DNA from: Styela clava
Taxonomy: Eukaryota
Direction: 5' to 3'
Assembly (NCBI RefSeq): GCF_964204865.1
Contig: NC_135253.1
Location: 20,212,001 to 20,276,000 of the forward strand
Length of the DNA stretch: 64,000 nt
Shown piece by piece: positions 27,501-39,500 of this stretch. Position numbers and translations under genes: made by a program. The notes below the pieces were generated by a model. The model saw only the letters and a list, made by a program, of their open reading frames with translations. It was not told where the DNA came from and made no database searches. Positions within the stretch are counted from its first letter, which is position 1. Each line of letters starts with the position of its first letter.

Positions 27501-30500
27501 TTTTTCTGTCTAGTTTAAACAATGACAGACATTTTTGCGTTTTAATCTGAAGCCTTTGAATCCTTTCAGAATTTTTGTAGGGGAACTGTAAATTGATTCA
27601 AACTTCTCATGTGTACCTTATGACAGAAATTGATGGTGCTTTTCTTGATGTTTTATTTCTCTGTTTAGGATGCACATTCCACGGTTTACCCTCGTCTGAC
27701 AGATGACAAAAATTTGAAGGCTTCATCACTGAGTAATACTTTCAGTGCCACGACACGTGTACGAGAAGTGCCAGTGAGCAGCATCTACAGACGAGAGATG
27801 CAAGAGTTCAGATGCAGGAGTCCTTCTGCACGTGGAGTTCGTTCTATTCCCCTCACTAATAGATCTCTTGTCGCTCCTCCTCAGAGTGTAAAGTGAGTTC
27901 AGTGAAATATTTTTCCTAGTGTGGTGGTCGAGTGCAGGAGTGTGCAACCTTTAATACAGCAAGGCCAGATAGAAATAAGTGGGTGAAAACGCACCTTTAT
28001 TTAACATTTGGCACAAAAATTTTGGTTATTGATTTTATGTGTTTTTCGCACAAGCTAGCTTCTATTAAGGCATTGTAAAGTCATAGTCATAGATGAGTTG
28101 GACTCAGGTATAGGCTTCGCAAATGGAATGGAATTACTCGAACGTACCAAATTAAATTAAATTGATAACTCATTTTGCGGACCGCACATTATTTGAAATT
28201 GGCACTTCTTTGCAGGCCACATAAATTTTCCCGAGGGCCTCAATTGGCCAGCGGGCTGCAGGTTGCACACCCCTGGCCTAGTGGTTAAATTGTTGGAATT
28301 AGCTGTGTAGCAATCGCAAGTTACCCTCTTTATATTAAATATTAATGGTTACTTGTGGGTCGCCTTGTTCAGATGAGATGTTAATAAGAGTCAATTAAAA
28401 AAGGAGAGTTTTATATATTTCTACTGTGGGATGTGAACCTTGAAATCCCACTCAGGGTTGGCAATGATTTAATGAACGTGATAGCCTAGTGAAGCGTTTC
28501 CCAAACTTTTTTTGCTCGCGGCGCACTAATCAAATAAAAAAAAATTTATGGCACACTTGTAGAAAAAAATTGTAAAAGCTTATTTGCTGCATGCATGCCT
28601 GAGAATCTCAGCACACAGTTTGAAAAACGCTGGCCTAGTGGTTAGAGTGTTTGACTTAGCTGTATTGAAATACCTAGGTAACACACCTGTCCACACCTCA
28701 ACCAGGGTGTGATAAATTGAGTGGGCAAAAGAAAGATTCTAATCCTTCCAATAAACATTATCTTGCTAGATATTGAAGGGATTGCAAACTGTTCTAAATG
28801 CTTTTTTACTGCTTGTCCTGAACAAAAGTTGATTGCTTTTCAGGTCATCATACATAACAGTTCGAACTATGGAAGAACATGGTGGGAGATTAAAAGGAAG
28901 CCATCAAGTAATGCGACATCTGGTTGAAAAAGAAAGAATGGAACGAACTAGAGAATTGAAAAGACAAGCACAGATATCGGAACATAGGATGGACAGGATG
29001 TAAGTTGTTTCTATTCTTGAACTCAACCAATTTTCCAATACAGAGGGTTCGAACCAGGGGTGTGCAACAGGTGTCCTGTGGGCCACAATCTGGCACGTGA
29101 AGTTTAGTGTGGCCCTCATCATCGCTCAGGCTTTTCCCCATCAATCATAAAATCCTAATACAACAGTTTATGTTTAAAAAAGCGCTCACAGCGTTCACAT
29201 AAATAAAAATACATGATGTTTTTTTGCTCTTTTCGCTGCGTTAAATAATTCTTCGCTATGCCCTGTGCCCTCATTACATGTGTGGCCCAGCTGGATGTCT
29301 GAAGTTGGTTATATGTCCCACCAAGAAAAAATGTTGCACACCCCTGGTTTAAACACAAAGGGCGAAAAGGAATTTTAAAACAATAATGCAAAAAATATAG
29401 GTGCTTTTTAAAGCTGGTATTCAATCCAAGTTTGAAGCAATATTCACCCAAAACTGCAATCAAAATACTTAGCATGTGCCAGCCTCCGTGCCAAATATTC
29501 GGACTAAATTCATTTCACCATTATTACTTTGATTAAGTTTTTCATGTTTCTGTTCAGGTATTACATGAATGGTGCACCAGCAAAACTTCACGAAAAATAT
29601 GATGTCTCAGAAGTAGACTTAGAAAGGCTGCAATCCATAGCTGTATCCCAAGGGATCAAAATTAGTCCTTCTATATCATCCTTCCACTCACGGAATAAAC
29701 TCAAAACGACGTCTGCTCCAAACTCATCTCCACGTGATATGAACAGCGCGGCAGGGTTACGAAGTAGTGATGTCGAAAGTGGAACTAAAACAATAATTCC
29801 AACTGCGGATATTCTTTCTGTAGGGGGTGATTTTGTCTCGGAGGATGGTTTATCGGAAAAACTAGGTAATATGTCAGGTCGAGAAGATGCTGCGACCTCT
29901 GATTATGGTGAAGACCTTGAAAGAGGTTCCAAGGTCGAATCTGTGGAAGGTCAAAGTCCAGAATTGAAAGTTCAAGAACCAGAACACCACGGAAATGAGG
30001 AAGTTGAAGTTATAGATAGTTATGAACCACAAGGTTCAAATGTCAAAGTTGAAAGTTCACATGAAAATGAGGAAGTTGATAATTTACCCAATAATGATGA
30101 TGACCAGCAATCTATGAAATCAGATTCAGCTCTTCTATCTCCAGAAGCATTGAATGCTCCTTTAGCTGTTTCAGGGGCATTTTTGACTGATTTAACTGGT
30201 GGGGACTGACACAAGAATCATCATACTGTTCTTGATAATTTTTGAAATGCCCGTTATGGTGAATTCTGATTATCCGGTCCTACCAAACATTTGTTTAAAA
30301 TCCGAAAATGTTTCAGACATCCAAAATTACCAATTCAAATAATTTTGAAAAGGCTTTTATGGCAACTCATGTGATCAGCCTGATTTGTAATACATGGCCT
30401 TAAAAAGCTGTTGAGTAAGCCAGGATCCATACACAGTACTGTGGAAAATTTTGTTTGTGAAGTCAGATGGACAATTTTTCAAAAGTGTATTTAATTGGAG

Positions 30501-33500
30501 GAATCCGTTTACCTCCATAATTAAACACTTGGGTTTTATGTTTTTTATTTTTGAACATCTGTTGGCTAATAAGAGTAAAAATACTTTTATCTGATATTTC
30601 TGTTTGTTAATATTTTGGCTAATACTGTACTATGCGGTAATAGACTCAAAACCGATCAGAACAAGTTGAACAACCATTGGTGGTCCAGAAGTGAATGTAC
30701 AAAGTGACTGAAAACTATGGGCATATTCATTCATTCATTCATGGGTATATCCACTGGGCTAACACAGACAGTTCTCGAACTCGTAATGAAACTAAAATAA
30801 GGAAAATCGGAGTAAAATTATGGCCTAACCCTCACCTGGTACACATACTGTGGGAATACTTTTTCAATATTAGAATGGTAACCTCGGTGTAGAAATTATC
30901 ACGAACACTCAGTCATTTTAATTTGATTATAAATTCATTTTTGCCATTTTCTGAAGTTCCAAGTAGAGTTCCATATAATATTTCTAAAAAAGCAAATTGA
31001 AATGAAACATTCTGAGTGTCGGGCTGTTTCACTTTATAATTCCACAAGAAGCAAATTCATCCGTGCTATTTTGAATTGTATCTAACTCAGAGAAAGGTGA
31101 GACTTTAAAAGTGAAAAGCCACAACGTCAGAAGGTTTTTAAAATCTTCATCAAAGCAAAAGGTTTTGCCCACACAGGGGTTTTAATTAAAATCTATTTTT
31201 TGATCTATTAAATTCCCATTGACTACAAATAATTCCTAATTTCTTTAGTTCTATGAGACAATTATTTTCTCATGAACCAGGTATTTTGTTTCCATTGTTT
31301 GATAACAATGAATCCATTATTTGATTGTTGTAATTCAATCTTTCTTTGTTTACAATATCAACAAAATCCAAACACTTTCATTCATTCAGGATTAGCGGTA
31401 CTCCTGTGTGTGTACCAGGTTAGGGTTAGGCCATAATTTTATTCCGATTTCTTATTTAGTTCTTCAACGAGTTTGGTGACTGTCTGTGTTAGCCAATTGA
31501 ATATCCCCCCTGCCCTTAGATTTCAGTCCATTTATACAACTTGATGTAGAATAGGCGAACAAAATTAGTTACCTCCATATTGTTACACATACTTCTGAAG
31601 CGCCAGATCGGATGGTCAATCTTATTTTTTATGACACTTCTCCGCATCCTTTCGCCGGGGTTCATATGTTATAATTCATAATAACTGCGGAAGCAATAGC
31701 ATAGCATTTAAAGTGCTGTTCAAAGTAGTGTGCCACCACCTCACTCTGGCTCAATTGAGCATGCCAAACTGGAAACATGACAATCCCTTCATAACCTGAA
31801 AGTTCCCTGTTTATAAATGCCAGATTGCACGGAACCTTGCTCAGAGTAGAGATGCCTTGAAATTTTGTTAGAATTATATATTTTAGGACTCCATACTTTT
31901 TATTAAAGCCTTTTACTCTTTGATTCAAATTTGCACATTTTTAGAACTTTGCCTTAAAAGATTAATGATACTTTTGCAGAATATGTCTGCTATTTCACTG
32001 TGAATCTTTTCTATTTTATTGATTTATCATAATCAAATACAGAAAGCAAAAATCATTGCAATTCGTGTAATGTTTGTCATTGCGTGTTTGAAGTTTACCA
32101 TGTTTAAAACGTCAGGATGTTTGATATTGCACCAGGATATTAATATTTTAAATAAGCTTTGAGATGTATCATAGTTTTGTCAAATGAATCCTGTACACAC
32201 ATCAAGCTATTATATTTAAACGGAGTTGAAACATTCTAGAATAATCCATTTTTGTAAATTTCTTAATCGCTCTCTTGTCGCTGCTCGATGACTGGTCTTG
32301 GTGTCTCGTGCCTCCCTTCATCCTGATGTTCCATATTACTTTTTGTAATAGTACTATAAGCACTATTATAGTGAGGTAGTAATATTTCTCAATATTTCTG
32401 GTTTGAAGATTGTGTTTTAGGAGTGTTTTGGTACACTTTTCGGGAGTTTGTTAGATTAGTTATTATAATTTTTCATCGTTTTTAAAGTCAAATATTTTTC
32501 ATTTCCAGATCCATGCATGTACATCACACGTTTCGCTCATCGAATGGATTTCGGGGATAAAACAAATGAAGTCGGTGTGGCTGCTATGAGACTAGTATCT
32601 CGAATGAAGCGTGACTGGATACACACTGGTCGAAGACCTTCAGGTCTATGTGGCGCCGCACTACTGGTTGCAGCAAGATTACATGGTTATTCTTGTACGC
32701 TGAAAGATGTTGTTAGAGTAGTGAGAATTGGACATGACACAATACGTAAAAGGTTATTCTTGTTTCTACAGATTTGTTTCTATCATTGTGATAAGCCCAT
32801 GCAGTAAATAGTGTTTTAATCAGGCAGGGACATAGCCAGAAAATTTTCCAAAGGGGGGATTCTAAGATTTCTAATTTCCAGTTTAGACCGCAACAGGTAG
32901 TAGGTCCGGCCGAAAACCTGGATTTCAAGAGTCTTTCGGGTTTAAAAAGCATTTCAAGTTACAAAAAATTGCATGTTATCATACAGAAAAGAAATTTTTT
33001 TTTGTATTCTCAACGAGATCCATGGGTATGCTCCTAGTATAAATGTTTACCTAGGGGGAGAGGAACCTTGATAAGAGCATTGATCATGTCTGGTTTGGCT
33101 ATGGAAATAGTTAAACAGTTACCTATTTCATTTTTATTAACTTGAATCCACAAAAAATTGTAAAATACCACCCTTACACATAAATATATTAGCGGAATTC
33201 GTACTTGGGAACTGAACCAACCTTCAAGCTGTACAGAACCAGAATACCTGTAGTTTAACCTGTTTATAGTGAAACTGTCCCATTTATCTCACTCAGAATT
33301 GAGAATTATTTATTTCTTATATATGGGATTGAGGGTAGAAGAAGCCGTAGCTGACCAATAGTTACAGTGTGCCAATAAGAAGTATACCAATTATCTTATA
33401 CCCTCAGAGCCATACTTGCAAATTTGACAGTGATCCATCCAAGCTATACAGAACCCAAAACTTCTCGTTTAACCCATTTATAGTGGAACTGTCCAATTAA

Positions 33501-36500
33501 TCTCACACAGTATCCAACGATAAAAATAAATTTTCACTCTTCATGTTCAGATTATCAGAATTTGTTTCAACACCATCAAGTCAACTTACTATCAATGAAT
33601 TCATGAACATCGACCTTGAATCAGAAGCCGATCCTCCTGCCTTCACAGAATCGAGGTTGAAACAAAAACAAGCAAATTTAGAAAATTTTGAAGGTATTTC
33701 AATAGACAAAATTTTTGGAAATTTAAAACACCTCAAATTGACGCATTGTACAGTTCGAGGTTTCAAGACAAATAGGCGAATGTCGAAATTTGAAAAACAA
33801 AATTCAATTAAGAAATTACTAAGAAAAGGATGCTTTTCGAGACGATTCCCCTATCAAAGTATGAAGCAATGTTTTTGCTGTTTGTTTCCTCTTTTCTTGT
33901 TAAAGCGCTCAAATTTAGATAATTTTGTATTATAGAAGTACACAGGGATTCTGAAACTTATTTTTCTTGTATTTTTTTATATGAACAAGCTCTAGGTTTT
34001 GTACCAAAAAGAATATAACTTTCTTTGCACTTTCATCTAACACAGGAGTGGGCAACTTCTCTAGTCGGCGGGCCAGATGTGGGAAAATGAAGTTCTTGGC
34101 GGGCCGGATTATAACATGAATAGTATTCAATATCTTAATCACATATTTATTCGCTAATGCAAGGAAGAAAATTATAAATCGTGTTTAAAGTAAAGTTTAA
34201 ACTACAAAAAAATAGAGATCAAAAAACACACAATGAATTCATCATAATGTACTAAAAGTGTAATAATGTAAAATCATAATGTACTGATGTACAGTCAGCG
34301 GGACGGTCAAAATCATGTCGAATGTTGCCCGCCCCTGATCTGTCCTAAATTAGAATTAAAATCCTTTTTTACTCTTTTGTGTCTTGTCTAGGCTTTCTTT
34401 ATTTTCTCACTTTTTATTCATGATTTCATTTGCACTTTTGTATATATATTAAACTTGTTTTTTTAACAGAGGAGATTGATCAACTGAGCAATGCAATCGA
34501 TAATGAAATTGAAAACTCATTACCTAAACGTAAGATGATTCTCAAAAATTTATTTTTGTTTGGAAGCAATGCTGCTTATTCATAGTTATTAGGTACTCAT
34601 CGATCTTTAGATCGGTAAGTATGTTGATAAGTATTTGTCTGTTTGTCTGTTAGATGCACGCGATATCTCACAAACGCGTGGTTGATTCTGCTCCAAATTT
34701 TGCATGTGCATTCATCATATCTCGGACCAGAAGCCTATTGATTTTGGATAAATTATGTCATATAATTAGCGAGGTATTAATTAATTAGTGATGGGACACG
34801 CGGTGTCACTATAGAGTCATGAATCGAAACCGCAGTTTCGATCGATAAGTCTACGATCTCCGACCGATATTCTCGTTTATTTATTGCTTATTCATGGTTA
34901 GTTGTTTATTTACAGTCTTGTCAGGTGTCAGATGATGGACCCACGATTAATTTCTTTGCTGGTTAGAAAAATGAACTTGACTTGACTTAATCATCTGTTT
35001 TCTTTAAAATTAACACCACAAGGCTTCTTTCTCACTTGGTCCAATCTCGTTCTTTCTGGTATTTCTTGCTTTTCCAGAACCTTACTCAGAGGGAACATAA
35101 CATGAAAATATCATTTATGGGTGCCATTATAGTCGAGTTTCAAAACCCCTATTAACCAATTGTTTAATCAACTTGATGAATCAATTCGTCACAGGTTTAA
35201 GAACAGACACCGTACCCACACCCCCATCTAAAACCTACGAGTCACCATTAGCAACGCAATATCCAATAGAAGATCCAGAATTACAAGTTGCTGCAGATTT
35301 TGTTCATGCTGAAAACCCAGAAGATGTCGCAAAAAAACTGTTAATCACTTCCAAGGGAACTACACAAAATCCACTTTGTGAGTTCATCTTCTTTTTCAAC
35401 ATTCATGGGCGGAATTGTTTAGAGCAGGGGCAGCCTGTGGCTCTCAAGGAAAAATTGTGCGGCCCGCGAAGAAGTGCCAATTTTGAATGATGTGCGACCA
35501 GCGAGACAAGTTTCCTATGTAATTTAATTTGGGTTTGAGAAACGCTGCTCTAATTAACTTTTAGAATTGGTTGGCTTTGCATTTGTTGCCGATCGACAGT
35601 TCAAGATTTGATTCTTTCTCTGTTTCATGTACAAGATTATATTTTTCTTTCACAGCTACACAAACTGCTTCGACTGCAACACCAGGTCCAGCCCCCTCAC
35701 TGTCAAGTCTTGGTTTGACACAACCTGCTGAAGATTGTTTTAAAGTTCCGACGTTACCTTGGAATAAAAACCAACAAGAAGAAGAAGAACAAGGAGAACT
35801 TGATTTGAGTAACATAAATGATGAAGAAATTGATCAAGTAGGTTCAAATTACTAATTTTCAGTGAAAACGGTTTTTAAGGATGTTTGTGGTATTCATAAA
35901 TCATAATACATAAAAGTATATGCAATTAAATATGGGCACTCCAAGACGTATGTGCACCAAGATGGCGGATACCGGAACGTCTTATGTGTAACAGGTTAGG
36001 GTTAGACCATAATTTTTTTCAATTTTCCTCATTTTAGTTCTATTACGAGTTAGGGGACTAGCCAAGTGACTCCCGTAGTATTTGTACCTTAAATTAGGGC
36101 CTAACCCTAACCTGGTACACAAACGACGTTCCGGTGTCCGCCATTATGGTGCACATACTTCTGGAGTACCGAAATATTTTACAACAAATATTTTCTGATT
36201 TCCCAATCTCGTTGTCTTGCAACTTCTGATGTTGTTTTAATAAATATTTGATTATTCTTCTACAGCATTTGGAACATTGATGATTTGCTTCATGACTGAG
36301 TGGAGAAAATTACTCAAAATAACTTGAGTGGCATTTTTATATGGCCTTTTTTAAACACCTTTGTTGCTCCGCACTCAGGACAGCCACTGATATGTAGGGA
36401 GGGCTGGAATCTTTTTGGTTTGGCTTTCCTACATTCCCTTACACGCTGACATGGGATGTGAACCAACGTTCCCTCTAAGCTGCGTGGCCGTGCAGCTGGC

Positions 36501-39500
36501 CGAGAATCCCCGCGCAGTACTTTTGTTTTGCCGCGCACTGCATAAGTCAATAAATTCTGTGTTCGTTCAAAATGTTTTTATTTATTTTTTATTTTTTTAT
36601 AATTTTCCGCGCAGACCTCTTTTTTGAGCTCACATGGCCTTTTATTCCGCGCAACTAAGCAAGCTCTTAGAAAGAACGTTGATGTGAACCCAAGATTTTT
36701 ACCTGTGAATTCAATTCATTTTCAATGAGTCTAACATTTTAACCACAGGCCAATCGAGACCACTATTTATTTTCTATTTTACACTTTCAGATGATATTAA
36801 GTCCGAATGAGACAATAATTAAAACAAGATTATGGATGGCAGAGAATGGTGAATATATGCAGGTGAATTGGGATCTTTTTATTGCTTGTGGAACATCAGT
36901 ATCTTTTTATTGAGCAGTTAACATTTTTGATATATTGACGATGCTTTGAGTAGTCACTGATAATCAGATACCACTGATACAAAGAACTCTGCTAAAACGC
37001 TTAAAAACAGTGAAAAACCGTCAAAAAACACCCAAAACCCTGCTAAAACGCTTAAAAACAGTGAAAACCGTCTGCAAACACCAATAACCCTGCTAAAACG
37101 CTTAAAAACAGTGAAAAACCGTCAAAAACCACCAAGATGTCTTCTTCGGATAAGATAGGATGGGATTTACCTATTTATCCAGGGCGAGAGGAAAGTGATA
37201 AGACAGCACAATTATGGCGAACCACGGCCTCTCGTCCAGTTACCAGTCCATGTCAGGTATGGGATTAGTTAGGTATTTGTTTTCAGATGCATGGACTTGG
37301 GAAAAGTGGGTTTTTTAAGTTTGATACTGAACCTAAGTCATGGAAAAGTAATATCTAAACTGAGAATTCAACATACTGGTAGTTGACTTTCCTTGCTTAT
37401 CACTAGCATCACAGATCAGCAAGGTCACGGCCAGGAATTTCCAAAAGAGGGGGGGAGTTCTGAAATTTCTGATTGCCCTGTAACATCTAGCGGGTTCGAA
37501 GGCCAAAACTATGAAAATTGCCAAGTGCTTCTCACACCGCCCTGCCCTGGCTACGCAGAGAAAAATAGGTACTCCTGAAGTATGCGCACTAAGATGTCGC
37601 ACAACCTGAACCCTAACCTGGTACACAACCTGAGTTCAGGTTGTGCGCCATCTTGGTGCGCATACTTCAGAAGGCCCGAAAAATCATTTCAACAAAGCTT
37701 CTTTCCCAAAACTTAATGTTATTTAGAATTACATTAACCAGTTTCTTTCTCAATTTTATGTGAAGTGCATCAAGAACTAATAAATTCGCATGTTCATAGT
37801 GTGTTAAATGTTAACTCATGAGGAAGAATTTTGCTTTTATCAGTGAGGTCTACATGTTACAATCTTGCTTTATCTGAGCATTTTTTGGAAAGACCTATTT
37901 TTTGTAGGAAATGGCAATTCGGGCCGAGAAACGAAGGAGAGAGGAAGAAGAACGAGAAAAAACAAGACCAAAGAAACCAAAACGAAAACTTGTGTCTAAA
38001 AAAGATTATTATGCAGTGAGTAGAATTCTTCATTCAACGCATTCTGTATTCATATTGATCTCGGGAGAGAACAACAGTCATGGTCTCGTATGTGTGCCGC
38101 ATTGTGCTAAACATTAGAAATATGCTGAAACAGCATCTCTAATTACCCTGCGTGGGTTCGCCTGTTCGAATCCTATGCGGGATAGTTATGTGGGACAGGA
38201 TTGCTGGACTTCTCGCTGCCGTAGGGTAGGTTACGTAACCGCTGATCGGTTACTGTTTTTTTCGCCATCGAGTCTATGCCTATGAAAAGAAATAACTGAC
38301 TAACTAATTCCATACCCAACATGGACTGGTAACCGGATGAGAGGCCCTGGTTCGCCATATGATTGGGCTGCCTCATCGACTTTCCTCTCCCCGGGAATAA
38401 ATCTGTAAATCTTATCCTATCATGCCAGATAAGTTTTTACTTGACTAGTTGCGTGTTCCAAATGGGTGAACACTGATACTCTAAGGAAATCTCATCAGCC
38501 TAGGGGTTTCTTTAAAAGCTCTCAGGCGGGGAATTTATCGATTCTATCAAAACGATCAGTCTATTACTATTTGCATGCTTAACTAACCGCTGGAAATGTA
38601 AAAAAAAAAGCATTTATATATCCTCCATAGCGATTTGCCGTAGCTTGAAATGCTTTTTAGGTCCTTAAGACTATTGTAAACCAATTTTTCTGAGCTCCGG
38701 CCCGACCTGCTAGCTGTTATCAGTCTAACTTTAAACCTCCCCTTTAAAATTTTTTGGCTACACTGTTTTTGTAGTTGACTAGAAAGTTCTGTTCTTTCAA
38801 TAAGTGCAAAATGTAAATATTTGTTAAAGTGCTTGCTCAAATATATATGAGATATATGCATAAGATTTTCAGCATACTGCTATTTATCCTGAATGATTTT
38901 AAAGTCTTGCTGCACACTAACATAAAAATGTATTTTTGTAGCGTTTTGTCTGACTAGGGTCAGACTTCCTCAAACATACATAGTTCAACTATGGGATTTA
39001 CACATGTTCAATAAAATAGTCTTATTCTTTATTTAATAACGGCGAGTGACCTGTCGTACTTTTAAAGATTGAATACTAAATACAATACTTTTCTTTGAAT
39101 ATTTGACAGAATTCACAATCAGCAGGAGAAGCCATTGAAAAACTTTTACAAAGACAGAAACTTTCGAGTAAAATAAACTATGATGCTTTAAAACGAGTAA
39201 ATGAGGAGCCCTCATCTCAACCTGTACGAACAGGACCAAAATTTATTGACTCTTTCGCAAATCTCGCAAAATACGATTTGACTCCGAAAATAGAGAAATT
39301 ATTTGAAGATGAACCTCAGGTTGTTAAAATTGAAGAAACGAAACCAATTGTGCCAAGAAAGAAAATGAAAGTTGCTCCTTGTCTGAATCCTGATGCCCAA
39401 GATGATCTTGTGAAACCTGAGGTATGTAGAATAGGTTCCTGGAAATTTCTTCGTAGGAAATCTTGGCGCAGGAATTTTCGCCACATAGGAAATAACGCAG

